Virus record (IMG/VR): IMGVR_UViG_3300009508_001114
Span: 1-61,044 of that record
Source: a virus
Lineage: Duplodnaviria > Caudoviricetes
Length of the DNA stretch: 61,044 nucleotides
Reading direction: 5' to 3' (one strand)
In this document: positions 37,035-46,126 of the stretch, piece after piece
Numbering within the stretch: position 1 is the first letter of the stretch
How the letters are laid out: every line of letters starts with the position of its first letter
Translations under genes and position numbers: made by a program
The notes under the pieces: model-generated
What the model was told of the DNA's origin: nothing
Seen by the model: the letters and a program-made list of their open reading frames with translations, nothing else
Databases searched by the model: none

Positions 37035-37881
37035 TCCAATAGGTATTTTCAACAAGAGTATTTGCATACTCAGGCCAAAATTTTCCAGCTCTAGGGCCAC
37101 CATTACACTGACCATCTGACTCGCCTGGTATTTTAATCCAAAGAAAAGCGTCACAAAGATCATGTCCAGTGTTAGTAGTTGGAGGAGTACCTAAACCCCT
37201 TCCTGGAGGATTACACCAGTCTTGGCCAAACGGTCCGCGACCATTTCTACTTGTATCTATAACAAAATGGTTAAACTTGGTGCATCTCCCTACTTCTAGT
37301 GCCCATTCCATACTTTCTTCTGTTGTCCTGTAGTTACTTACATTAACACTAAATCCTCTTACATTAGTATCTATTGGATTTAAGTCCATTACGCTGTTAA
37401 TTAAATTTCCTGCTGCCTCGGGATCTAGCCATAAACTATTACCTATGTCTAAATAAATTTTTGCATTACACGTATCTGATATAACACCAATAGCAGTAGC
37501 CATCGCTACCATACGTTCTTTTTTTTCTCCCTCGCTCATTTCGTTACAATGTGGCAATGCATCTGGTTCAAATATAACAATAGGTTCCCTACTACCTATA
37601 CCTAAACTTATTTCATTTACAAAAAGAATATAGTCTTCCATGGTTTTTGCGCCGCCGGCGCTATATTGCCCGATATCTCTATCTGGTAAGTTATAAATTA
37701 CAATCACAGGTAAACCAGGATGTGCTCTCGCTAACAATCGTTCAATGCTATAGCGTAAATTCTTAGAAGGTCTACTATACCAAAAACTCACAGGATATTT
37801 AAATATTTCTGCAACATTTTGAAATTTTTTTCTGTGATCTTTTACTCGGTCAAAGTCATTGACCCAAAACTTGTAGTCCAT
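37027..37881 (-). CDS. glycoside hydrolase family 6 (endoglucanase-like)
   Basis: YNLPDRD, EPDAL, GFSVNVSNY, IDTSRNG, WCNP, WIKIPGESDG. Confidence 0.93.
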   Translation of the reverse strand: MDYKFWVNDFDRVKDHRKKFQNVAEIFKYPVSFWYSRPSKNLRYSIERLLARAHPGLPVIVIYNLPDRDIGQYSAGGAKTMEDYILFVNEISLGIGSREPIVIFEPDALPHCNEMSEGEKKERMVAMATAIGVISDTCNAKIYLDIGNSLWLDPEAAGNLINSVMDLNPIDTNVRGFSVNVSNYRTTEESMEWALEVGRCTKFNHFVIDTSRNGRGPFGQDWCNPPGRGLGTPPTTNTGHDLCDAFLWIKIPGESDGQCNGGPRAGKFWPEYANTLVENTYWIN

Positions 37882-37889
37882 GCAACTAT

Positions 37890-38192
37890 TTATTTAACGT
37901 GTTTACAAGATCCACGGAATGTGAATCCAGGACAGCTACACTTCCCGTCTACAATAGTATACACTTTGCCATTGCTGCCTTGCACAGTAATAGCATCTGC
38001 AGGTAACTTCTCGTCAAACTGTTCCAACTTCTTAAACTTGCGACGAGCTTTATCAAATTGCAAAGGACGGTTAAATGTCTTTAAACCAGTGCCGTTATCA
38101 AATGCAACCAACTTGCCTGATCCATTCACATGATAGATATGATTAGGAATAGGGTCATCCCATACAGTAATTTCTTGCAATACATCTATCAT
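37890..38192 (-). CDS. SWIM-type Zn-finger protein
   Basis: CSCPGFTFRGSCKH. Confidence 0.8.
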   Translation of the reverse strand: MIDVLQEITVWDDPIPNHIYHVNGSGKLVAFDNGTGLKTFNRPLQFDKARRKFKKLEQFDEKLPADAITVQGSNGKVYTIVDGKCSCPGFTFRGSCKHVK

Positions 38193-38193
38193 T

Positions 38194-38424
38194 TTAATCC
38201 CCTGACAAAACCATTTGAACTTTAGCAGCATCAACCTCATCCTGATTAATAACACTAAACTTCTTAATTGGATGGACTTCAGTTAATACGTCCTCACCAT
38301 CCTGATATTCACTTCGGACAAGGAATCCTTCAGCAACAATTTTTTCCAGCAGTGCAATAGGGAAAACAAAATCTTTGTATCCCGTGTCTAACCTTGCATA
38401 AACTATATTTTCTTTCTTAGTCAT
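38194..38424 (-). CDS. hypothetical protein
   Basis: AAGGA RBS. Confidence 0.7.
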   Translation of the reverse strand: MTKKENIVYARLDTGYKDFVFPIALLEKIVAEGFLVRSEYQDGEDVLTEVHPIKKFSVINQDEVDAAKVQMVLSGD

Positions 38425-38436
38425 TTACAATTTTCC

Positions 38437-39006
38437 TTAATTCTCGTTATGGAATACCAATCCTGTGAGTTTAACGTATGGTGCCCAAATAACACTCTTA
38501 CCGAGGTTCATTGTGGTTCTTTCACGTAACTCGTTTGTTGATTCTCGATCAAAACGGAAACCATACTTTTGCATTTGATCAAGCCAATATGGTTCGTGTT
38601 GTTCGTTGACGTGGTGGTGACCACCTTGACCAGGAGTTGCGTGTGTCATGAATAACATTTTGCACTTCTGAAATGCTTGCACGTAATTTGGAATGTATTG
38701 CTCGTAGACGTGCTCTACAAATTCTACTGACCAACAAAGGTCATACGTATTTTCGACTGGAGCAGGTCCTTCTTGAAAATCCCACATTGTAAAATTTTCT
38801 GCGATTTGCCATTGCTCTTGCGCTTTATCATCACCATCAATACCGTGAGCTTTAATACCACTACGAATAGCAGCCATTACCATACCACCAGGTCCACAAC
38901 CTACATCAAGCATTGATTTAACGTCGAACTTATCGATAGCGTAGTCTATTGCACCTTGATCAATATGTGTAAATCCGAAATGGCCGCCCAAATGTTTACC
39001 TTTCAT
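38437..39006 (-). CDS. class I SAM methyltransferase
   Basis: LDVGCGPG, EFVEHV, PGQGGHHHVN. Confidence 0.88.
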   Translation of the reverse strand: MKGKHLGGHFGFTHIDQGAIDYAIDKFDVKSMLDVGCGPGGMVMAAIRSGIKAHGIDGDDKAQEQWQIAENFTMWDFQEGPAPVENTYDLCWSVEFVEHVYEQYIPNYVQAFQKCKMLFMTHATPGQGGHHHVNEQHEPYWLDQMQKYGFRFDRESTNELRERTTMNLGKSVIWAPYVKLTGLVFHNEN

Positions 39007-39337
39007 CTATTTTTGCCTCCTGGTGCGGGTTTAACAAATTCTGTGCTGCACTTAATACCCAACTATCTCTGTGTGGCAAGTTAAATCCAGTGCTACCATC
39101 CCAATCCACAAAGTACTCATCGAAACGGTCACTGTACGCTTTAGGATGTTCTTTTAGCAAACTGGCGAGCTCTTTGGCAGCATCATCAAATTTGTGATCA
39201 GTCCAGATGTTTTCATCTAAACAATAGTACAGACAACTGTGAACTAACATCTGCAATCGACGGCGCTTAATTAGCTCACCTATCTCAGAGTCTGGGTTAG
39301 GAAACTGATAACGCTCTTCTCCTTTCTTAGGAGCCAT
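38996..39337 (-). CDS. NAD-dependent DNA ligase domain Ia-like stand-alone protein
   Basis: H..LYY.LD....D..FD...EL..L...HP pattern. Confidence 0.7.
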   Translation of the reverse strand: MAPKKGEERYQFPNPDSEIGELIKRRRLQMLVHSCLYYCLDENIWTDHKFDDAAKELASLLKEHPKAYSDRFDEYFVDWDGSTGFNLPHRDSWVLSAAQNLLNPHQEAKIDER

Positions 39338-39714
39338 TAGAACTCTCTCCCAAAATCAATGTTAGACCAACCTTCACTTTCACACATCCAAGCAGTACCA
39401 CATTTCTCGTTGACGATGATGTCACCGACAGAGACTGAATGCATTCTTGTGAATTTCTGAATACAAGAACCTTCAGGGCCGTAACCGTTACCAGTATGAA
39501 ACACGTCTTCAAGGGTATCAACACCCGTCACACGAGCAACTGATTGGAAGTGATCTTCCATCCAAGATTCATAGTGCTTAGATCCTTCCCTGAACTTGAC
39601 ATCGCGCTGGATTGCAATCTCAGGGAAGTCACCGAAGTCGCCATCCCAACCAACTGAATTCAAGTGGTCCATTGCTGCGTTACTGAGATGAAACTGGTGG
39701 ATTAAGTAAGACAT
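39337..39714 (-). CDS. hypothetical protein (YodL-like SxSVGDI motif)
   Basis: MHSVSVGDII; GGAGG RBS. Confidence 0.7.
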   Translation of the reverse strand: MSYLIHQFHLSNAAMDHLNSVGWDGDFGDFPEIAIQRDVKFREGSKHYESWMEDHFQSVARVTGVDTLEDVFHTGNGYGPEGSCIQKFTRMHSVSVGDIIVNEKCGTAWMCESEGWSNIDFGREF

Positions 39715-39726
39715 TACGCTACCTCC

Positions 39727-39990
39727 TTAAACTAACTTGCAAATTTTAGACCAAAGCTGATTAATTTCTTCTGCGGAACGGAAGCCTGCTTCAAATACAC
39801 TTTCTAGACAACCAGCACTAGCTTCAATGAATGTACTGGAACACATTACCTGCGTTGCCATTCCACCGTTGCGGATAACAATGTCTGCAAGAGTTTGAGC
39901 GTCACGTCCAGCAGCGACAAACTCGTAATCTTTGTCACCACTGCGATACAACTCTAGAAGACCTTCATGGAGTGATATAAATTCGATCAT
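39727..39990 (-). CDS. early hypothetical protein
   Basis: First ORF after repeated promoter. Confidence 0.7.
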   Translation of the reverse strand: MIEFISLHEGLLELYRSGDKDYEFVAAGRDAQTLADIVIRNGGMATQVMCSSTFIEASAGCLESVFEAGFRSAEEINQLWSKICKLV

Positions 39991-40102
39991 TTTCTGCTCT
40001 CTTTATTTAATGTACTCGTTTATTATAGCAAAAAGGGCAGATATGTCAAGCTGTAAGTACTTGATTTTAAAGGGGGTTTTTTGTAGTTGTAAGTGCTTGA
40101 TT
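39989..40102 (-). repeat. repeated early promoter/leader with two IHF-consensus boxes (copy 4)
   Basis: 39989-40069 identical (81 bp) to 42000-42080; boxes 40054-40066 and 40090-40102. Confidence 0.95.
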
Positions 40103-40344
40103 TATAAAGAGGTATCAGTGCTACTTTTTGAAGTTATTTGCACAAATTCTTCTAAATCTTGCTGTTCCCAGTGGATTGGATCAATATCCCAGTACTTGTA
40201 AGCGATTCTCAGCATGGTATCCAGCTCGTCATCACTGAGATTGCCAGTGTACCCTGTTTGCTCAGCGAAGTCAGATAACTCATCTCTGAGAGCTAATTTA
40301 CGCTGTCTGAATTCAACAAAATCGATTACGTTACTCATTCCCAT
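40102..40344 (-). CDS. hypothetical protein
   Basis: ORF. Confidence 0.65.
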   Translation of the reverse strand: MGMSNVIDFVEFRQRKLALRDELSDFAEQTGYTGNLSDDELDTMLRIAYKYWDIDPIHWEQQDLEEFVQITSKSSTDTSL

Positions 40345-40523
40345 TCCTTTTCATTTTGTGCATTCATGTAAGCAAGAATGGCACAAACCACATTGAGTAT
40401 AATCACAAAGATTATTTCCTGCGTGGGGTGAATGTAGATATACGATAACACCCCAATCATAAACCCTACAATATTCGCATGCATCAAAAAATACGACACT
40501 GTTGATGGCTTAATACCAAACAT
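40335..40523 (-). CDS. small membrane protein
   Basis: Two TM segments. Confidence 0.6.
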   Translation of the reverse strand: MFGIKPSTVSYFLMHANIVGFMIGVLSYIYIHPTQEIIFVIILNVVCAILAYMNAQNEKEWE

Positions 40524-40524
40524 G

Positions 40525-40689
40525 TTAATCAGCTTCCAACTCTAGATCAAAACGCTCGCTCAGTTCATTGGCATCCAGCATCTCACCAATGTCATGATCA
40601 CCCATCCATTTGGCACACATTATCAGTGCCATCATAGGATCTAAGTTACCATCCTCGACTAGATCGAATAGCCTGTCCATGTTCTTCAT
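40525..40689 (-). CDS. 54-aa acidic protein (not in ORF track)
   Basis: MKNMDRLFDLVEDGNLDPMMALIMCAKWMG...; ATGA overlap. Confidence 0.6.
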   Translation of the reverse strand: MKNMDRLFDLVEDGNLDPMMALIMCAKWMGDHDIGEMLDANELSERFDLELEAD

Positions 40690-40862
40690 AACACCCCCGG
40701 TTCTTTATATGTGACAGACATACAAGCAGAGTTTTCTTTTACATACTGAATACCTTTACTGTGGTACGCCGCTACCCACTTATCTTCACAAGGTTTACCC
40801 ATTCCAGCACAACCGCTCAACACTGACACTGCAAAAATAACTAACAAGATTTTAATAGGACA
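40686..40862 (-). CDS. putative small lipoprotein (start uncertain)
   Basis: KILLVIFAVSVLSGC lipobox; GGAGG nearby. Confidence 0.5.
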   Translation of the reverse strand, partial: CPIKILLVIFAVSVLSGCAGMGKPCEDKWVAAYHSKGIQYVKENSACMSVTYKEPGVL

Positions 40863-41046
40863 CCTCCTTTGCGAATACAACGTATTCTGTTTTATGATTA
40901 GGGAACCGCTCATCTTTCTTAGGCAGAAGACGTACCGCAAATCCACCTTTGCCCTCGTCAAAAACCTCAACGACATGACCGGATGCTCTGCCGTTTACAG
41001 TCTTAAAATTTACGAACATACCATTTAGGTATCCATAGTTAATCAT
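40852..41046 (-). CDS. hypothetical protein
   Basis: GAGGAG RBS before ATG 41046. Confidence 0.6.
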   Translation of the reverse strand: MINYGYLNGMFVNFKTVNGRASGHVVEVFDEGKGGFAVRLLPKKDERFPNHKTEYVVFAKEVSY

Positions 41047-41285
41047 GATGCGTTTACTCCTCTTGTTGATTTCCAACCTTCGATGATTGTTTTAGCAGTC
41101 ATCTCAAACCCCATAGCGTCAAGAACACCACGGATGTAATTGATTTCGTCTGCGGATGCAAGACCAGCATGATACGCACGACTGTCATCCGACATCTGGA
41201 AAAACCAATCGTGAAACTTACACTTCTCGTGAAGGATTTCACAGATTTCTGTCGCGTCCAAACCAGACAAATTTACCTTTTCCAT
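41043..41285 (-). CDS. hypothetical protein
   Basis: HDWFFQMSDD motif seen in phage early proteins. Confidence 0.65.
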   Translation of the reverse strand: MEKVNLSGLDATEICEILHEKCKFHDWFFQMSDDSRAYHAGLASADEINYIRGVLDAMGFEMTAKTIIEGWKSTRGVNAS

Positions 41286-41521
41286 TACACTGTCTCCCAT
41301 ACTTTTACGATCATGTTATCATCCGTAAGAGAACTTTCGCCAACTTCACGGATGATTGCATGATCAGGGGTATCGGTTCGAAACCGAAACGGAGTCATAA
41401 ATTCAAAGTGGTGCGTCACACCAGTAGCAGAAGTATACCGCGACTGAGTAATCTTACCAAGAACTCTCACACTGGAACCGACATAATCGATTTCGCAAAT
41501 CTTACCAGTTAAATCTCTCAT
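41285..41521 (-). CDS. hypothetical protein
   Basis: GGAG RBS; coupled. Confidence 0.6.
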   Translation of the reverse strand: MRDLTGKICEIDYVGSSVRVLGKITQSRYTSATGVTHHFEFMTPFRFRTDTPDHAIIREVGESSLTDDNMIVKVWETV

Positions 41522-41682
41522 TGTACAACTCCGTTCGAGTCCAAAAACTCATCAATTTCTTCATCACTCATACCAACCCTGATACAAGCACAGATAGCAT
41601 CATCGATCTGACCGTCCTGAATTGACGCACTTACGTCAATCAGGTACTCGGCGATATCATCTCTTGCATACCACGGTGTCAT
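41518..41682 (-). CDS. 54-aa acidic protein (not in ORF track)
   Basis: MTPWYARDDIAEYLIDV...; overlaps both neighbours. Confidence 0.55.
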   Translation of the reverse strand: MTPWYARDDIAEYLIDVSASIQDGQIDDAICACIRVGMSDEEIDEFLDSNGVVQ

Positions 41683-41999
41683 TACGCTTCCCCCATATAT
41701 TGATTAAAATCTTTAATGAACCAACGCTCTAGGATTGGACTGCCATCAGCAGCTTCATCTATGAGGATGTAGGCAACTGTCTTCTTGACTCTAGCATAAC
41801 GATAGCCTGAGTCAATGCCTTCACGTGGGGTGGTTACCCAAACCTTGTGAGGGTAATTCTCAACAAAATTAGCAGGAGCCCAGTCGCAGTTGTCATCATT
41901 AACACTAAACTCAAACAAATTACTGTGGTCCTTCTCAGTGAAGCAACCAAGGATAGTGCCGTCTTGACCAAAATAAGTTTTACTGGGGGCGTATGCCAT
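41682..41999 (-). CDS. early hypothetical protein
   Basis: First ORF after repeated promoter. Confidence 0.75.
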   Translation of the reverse strand: MAYAPSKTYFGQDGTILGCFTEKDHSNLFEFSVNDDNCDWAPANFVENYPHKVWVTTPREGIDSGYRYARVKKTVAYILIDEAADGSPILERWFIKDFNQYMGEA

Positions 42000-42113
42000 A
42001 TTTTCTGCTCTCTTTATTTAATGTACTCGTTTATTATAGCAAAAAGGGCAGATATGTCAAGCTGTAAGTACTTGATTTTATTAGGGTTTTTTTGGAGTTG
42101 TAAGTGCTTGATT
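42000..42113 (-). repeat. repeated early promoter/leader with two IHF-consensus boxes (copy 5)
   Basis: TATAAT 42033-42038, TTGACA 42055-42060, boxes 42065-42077 and 42101-42113. Confidence 0.95.
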
Positions 42114-42302
42114 TTATTGAGAAAATTCTTCATCAAATTTGATAATTTCTACCTCTTTTCCAGCTATTTTATGCTTTAGGAAGCCAGATTCGCACAATGA
42201 AATTATAGTAATGTCAGCACCTGTTCGGACACCAAACTTATACCCCATCCATGCACCGAACACAGTCCCTACAAAGTATGCTAAAATAAACCAAAGTTCC
42301 AT
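42114..42302 (-). CDS. small membrane protein
   Basis: N-terminal TM; AGGAG RBS. Confidence 0.65.
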   Translation of the reverse strand: MELWFILAYFVGTVFGAWMGYKFGVRTGADITIISLCESGFLKHKIAGKEVEIIKFDEEFSQ

Positions 42303-42306
42303 AACA

Positions 42307-42846
42307 CTATCTCCTTACCATGTTAAAATGAGCACAGGATTTCTGTACACTGACAGCTTGCCAGTACGCATCGTCATCTGCACTATGTAAATTAAGTTGC
42401 ATGTCTTTACGTGGATCTCTGGGCATTAAATTGATCAACGTCCTGCTATCCATAATTTGCCAGTATGCCCATCCTGTATGATGTTCAAACTGACGGTACA
42501 TGTCTTCTATAATCACTAAATCAAACTGTGGGCCTTGACACCATATTTTGTCTACGCCTACACAATACTTATTTAGTGATTTAAAGAACTCGTTTGGCGT
42601 AATTCTACCCTCATCTGTGAAAGTGCTTTCCCTAATGTGTTCGTCTTGTTTAGCCCAAAACTCCAAAGTGCTTTCGCTAGTGGTGCGGCCTTTATCAAGT
42701 TGTTCGTCTATGTGAGGACGCCACAGTGTTTTAGCATGTGGCTCTGTGTCAGTGAAAGGATCAAATTTAACTGCCCCTACACTGAGTATAACAGATGTAG
42801 GAGCAGTATCCAGTGTTTCAATATCAATCATTACATGTGTAGTCAT
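42307..42846 (-). CDS. DEDDh 3'-5' exonuclease (DexA/Rv2179c-like)
   Basis: MIDIETL, GPQFD, DSRT, HSADDDA. Confidence 0.9.
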   Translation of the reverse strand: MTTHVMIDIETLDTAPTSVILSVGAVKFDPFTDTEPHAKTLWRPHIDEQLDKGRTTSESTLEFWAKQDEHIRESTFTDEGRITPNEFFKSLNKYCVGVDKIWCQGPQFDLVIIEDMYRQFEHHTGWAYWQIMDSRTLINLMPRDPRKDMQLNLHSADDDAYWQAVSVQKSCAHFNMVRR

Positions 42847-42853
42847 GCAAGTA

Positions 42854-43753
42854 TTATAACACTAATTTAGCAGAACTGTCAATCTTTGTTTTTCTTGTTT
42901 GTTTTTCTTGTCCAGTGGGATCATTAGCAGAGAACTGGCCGGCGCCTTGTACAGTTGCACTAGTATTTTGTTTCATTTTTTCAAATGGATCTTGTGTACC
43001 TGCTTTAACTGCCTCCCACCATTCAGACTTTTGTCCTATCTTGTCTAAGAACCAAGCAATTTTATGTGCTGTTCTGACTCGAGCTTCCTGCATTTGCGGG
43101 TGACCAAAATCTCTGGGATCTTCTGGATTGCCTTCCATGTATTTACGTGCACGGAATGTTTCGTCATCGTTGTTTCCTGTCATGTCAGCTCGATCATGGA
43201 AAAACTCTAATTCAATTCTTTCAAAAATATCTAACATATATGCTATGTGGCTTAACCACGCATCGTTCTGAGCGTTCATACTAAGATGTTCTATAAGTAT
43301 AAACCAGTCTCTAGGTAAGATAGGAAAGATTGCGTAGGGATGCCCGTTATGATTGTCAGTAGGAGCAAGCAATTTAAATTGTCCTCTGTATCTATCAATA
43401 ATGAGATCCCAATCATCACTAACCATTAACCCGTCGTCGTTCCAAAAGAATAACCATTCTCCTGACGCAGTACTTGCTAAATGATTAACATACTGATGTA
43501 GATTTTCATAACCTAATGGCTTAAACAAGTTTGCTCTGCATTCTACTTGGTGTTTTACTAGCATAGGCGCAACTTCTTCTTTTAAATATTCCTGCACACC
43601 ATCATCATCTTCGTCTATACCTAATAAAATTTCTAATCTTTCAGGTTTTGCTGCTTTGCTTATTAATGTATCTATACTACGTTTAAGCATTTCCCTACGT
43701 CCCCTGGTTGGTAATAGTATGCTAATAACCATTGGAGTTTCTTTTTCACTCAT
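42854..43753 (-). CDS. GT2-like glycosyltransferase
   Basis: ISILLPTRGR, FWNDD. Confidence 0.8.
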   Translation of the reverse strand: MSEKETPMVISILLPTRGRREMLKRSIDTLISKAAKPERLEILLGIDEDDDGVQEYLKEEVAPMLVKHQVECRANLFKPLGYENLHQYVNHLASTASGEWLFFWNDDGLMVSDDWDLIIDRYRGQFKLLAPTDNHNGHPYAIFPILPRDWFILIEHLSMNAQNDAWLSHIAYMLDIFERIELEFFHDRADMTGNNDDETFRARKYMEGNPEDPRDFGHPQMQEARVRTAHKIAWFLDKIGQKSEWWEAVKAGTQDPFEKMKQNTSATVQGAGQFSANDPTGQEKQTRKTKIDSSAKLVL

Positions 43754-43754
43754 A

Positions 43755-44744
43755 TTATCCACCTGTAAATAGTTTACGAATATTTCCACGGAAAACATAA
43801 TGTCCTACGTGATTAAGAGCAGTGCGTGGGTCAAGCCAAACGTCACCACCCATTTGCTGCCACAACCTACAAAACGTGTAGTCCTCCGATAGATAACGTC
43901 TGCTATCGGGGTCGATCATGGTATCAAACAGTGCGTACATGAATGGTTCAAATTTGTTGTCCACATTGATATCGTTCACATACTTTAACTCTGGATGCGT
44001 ATCAAACATTTTTTGGATTGTGTCTCTACGTATACACATAAATCCAGTTCCAGCATCTTTTAGTTGTACTAAATTATCTACAATTCTTACTGCGTTAGTT
44101 TTATTACCTTCTTCGTCCTGTTGGAACTCAAAATTAACAACGTAGTTAGAACTGTGACCTTCAATAGTTGCTGCTGTTTCTTGTTCGTTCTCTCTTGCAG
44201 CTCTAATAATACTATCCCAGTTAACTGCTTTTTTAGGATAAGCACCTACTGTTACAGGCTTGTCATATGCAACCATACGTAACATATCTTCTGCATTAAA
44301 CTCAATATCAGCATCAACAAAAAACAAATGCGTATGATCTGGATTTTCCATAAAGAAACTAACTAATGTATTGCGACCACGTGTAACTAGACTTTCATTC
44401 GCTAATGTACTAACAGTGTAAGGAATTTCGTACTTATCACATAAAATAATAAGTCTCATCATGCTTCTAAAATAAGGTTCGCCGATTTGTCCTCCATAAC
44501 AAGGCGTAGCTATAAAAATATGCTTACTTCTTAACATTCCTACTGGAATTTCTATTTTAGAATCAAGCAGCTTATGCATGACATTACTATCATGTGTGCT
44601 TGCTGTAGTGGACAATCCACTTAATGTTTCTTGCGGTTGAGATTGTGATTTATTAGGTAAGCTGTTTTCATTAGGCAATGATCCTTTACCAGCTACTTTT
44701 CTATTTAACTTAGCTGCTGCTCTGCGCTCTTTCCTGCTTGTCAT
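43755..44744 (-). CDS. GT-A fold glycosyltransferase-like protein
   Basis: IATPCYGG, RGRN, FVDADI, GTGFM, SEDYTFC. Confidence 0.85.
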   Translation of the reverse strand: MTSRKERRAAAKLNRKVAGKGSLPNENSLPNKSQSQPQETLSGLSTTASTHDSNVMHKLLDSKIEIPVGMLRSKHIFIATPCYGGQIGEPYFRSMMRLIILCDKYEIPYTVSTLANESLVTRGRNTLVSFFMENPDHTHLFFVDADIEFNAEDMLRMVAYDKPVTVGAYPKKAVNWDSIIRAARENEQETAATIEGHSSNYVVNFEFQQDEEGNKTNAVRIVDNLVQLKDAGTGFMCIRRDTIQKMFDTHPELKYVNDINVDNKFEPFMYALFDTMIDPDSRRYLSEDYTFCRLWQQMGGDVWLDPRTALNHVGHYVFRGNIRKLFTGG

Positions 44745-44951
44745 ATGATGTTACCTTGTGTGTAGTGTTCTTGGTGTTTACTATACTTATAATTTTATAA
44801 TTAGAAACCAACATTGAACTGGCATTTTTAACAGAAGATTTTAGAGAACGATCTCCCCCCCACAATGAAGATAGGAAATTTTCCAAAGGAAAATAAATTC
44901 TTGACAAAAAATTAAATTTTGCTGTACTAGTAGGAGTTTTAGTCAAAATAA

Positions 44952-44980
44952 TAGGCACAAGATTTACATCGTAGTGCCTA
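44952..44980 (-). terminator. possible terminator hairpin
   Basis: TAGGCAC/GTGCCTA stem with long loop, T-rich flanks. Confidence 0.45.
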
Positions 44981-45010
44981 AAAATTTTTATTATTATTAA
45001 CTTGTTATTA

Positions 45011-45178
45011 TTATCTATCGCTTGGTCTTTTACTAACAAACTCGTTAAGGCGTTCTGCTTCTGCAATGACTTCGTCAGTGGAAGGCATATCTTCAGGATT
45101 TTTAGCCCTTGCTTGAAGAATCTCTTTTGCTTCACGCACCAAGTCCAATCTTATTTCATATGGTGTTTTACTTGACAT
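45011..45178 (-). CDS. 55-aa phage protein (not in ORF track)
   Basis: MSSKTPYEIRLDLV...EVIAEAERLNEFVS; AAGGA RBS; GATAAATA 45211-45218. Confidence 0.8.
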   Translation of the reverse strand: MSSKTPYEIRLDLVREAKEILQARAKNPEDMPSTDEVIAEAERLNEFVSKRPSDR

Positions 45179-45253
45179 TTTATAAATCCTTTAAATAATA
45201 CTATTGCCATTATTTATCAGACTTCAAGTAGTTTATTAACTGTTGCTTTATTC

Positions 45254-45448
45254 CTATGAGGCTTTTTTAGCTCCGCATATATCACAACTAAGCCAAACGT
45301 CATCTAAATAACGATGGCCGCTATTACAAAAATGTACCCATTGCGGTTTATCACAATCAGTGCTTTTCTTACTAAAAATATTATCCCAATTGTTCGCAAA
45401 CTGTTTACGATCAGTAATCGGTCTTGGAGTGCTACCTTTTCCTGCCAT
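45254..45448 (-). CDS. hypothetical protein
   Basis: MAGKGSTPRP...NWDNIF. Confidence 0.7.
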   Translation of the reverse strand: MAGKGSTPRPITDRKQFANNWDNIFSKKSTDCDKPQWVHFCNSGHRYLDDVWLSCDICGAKKAS

Positions 45449-45684
45449 TATTCATATCCTCTTTCTGATTCCCATTCACTAATTACATTGCTGTACCCAA
45501 CCTGTAATGAACTGTATTCATTAAGGTCTCCGCAGAATTTTTCCACTTCTTCAATTTGTGTTGGGGTGAGTTCAGAGATTTCTGCTACATCAAAAAATTC
45601 GCAAATATGATTATTAACATACTCAGTTGCTTGCCGCTCTAAGTCTTCTTCAGCTTTATGAATTCTAGGCCATCCGTAACTCAT
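45448..45684 (-). CDS. hypothetical protein
   Basis: ORF coupled. Confidence 0.65.
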   Translation of the reverse strand: MSYGWPRIHKAEEDLERQATEYVNNHICEFFDVAEISELTPTQIEEVEKFCGDLNEYSSLQVGYSNVISEWESERGYE

Positions 45685-45686
45685 TT

Positions 45687-46106
45687 CTATACTCCATAGT
45701 ATTGTTCGTATAAGGGTTTTTGCATTTTTGCTGCTTCAATTTCACTAGGTTGTTCTAAGTAGGGCATTGACCACTCGCCTGCATTAAACTCTTTCCTAAT
45801 AAACTGTTTAACATGCACCAATTCATGTGCCAGTGTTTCCATCTGGTGATACCACTGATATTCTACATATCCTTCTTCAGGCCAAGTGGCGCCGCGGGCT
45901 ACTTCAACAACATATACGTCAGGTTCTTCTTCCCATGCAAATCCGCTTTGTCCTTCCGGGTGCTGCTTAACAAATTTTACAATGACTTCTACATCCCTCT
46001 TGAACGGTCGTTTAAAAAAGTGATTCAGAACTGCACAAGCATATTTTTCCACAGTTCTAGGTTTGATACGATTATTCTTAAATTCTACCAACATCATAGC
46101 ATCCAT
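45687..46106 (-). CDS. zincin-like metallopeptidase
   Basis: TLAHELVHVKQ...PSEIEA. Confidence 0.8.
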   Translation of the reverse strand: MDAMMLVEFKNNRIKPRTVEKYACAVLNHFFKRPFKRDVEVIVKFVKQHPEGQSGFAWEEEPDVYVVEVARGATWPEEGYVEYQWYHQMETLAHELVHVKQFIRKEFNAGEWSMPYLEQPSEIEAAKMQKPLYEQYYGV

Positions 46107-46126
46107 ATCTCCGGCATTGAAATACT

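Noticed and set aside
39989-42113. Integron attC or IS ends
   Set aside because: No attC-type inverted repeat, integrase or transposase seen; repeats are direct and promoter-bearing
39932-42179. Two plus-strand ORFs sharing IFCSLYLMYSFIIAKRADMSSCKYLIL
   Set aside because: Antisense translation of the 81-bp promoter repeat
44710-45135. 141-aa ORF in track
   Set aside because: Shadow frame; a 55-aa ORF at 45011-45178 with RBS and late motif explains the region
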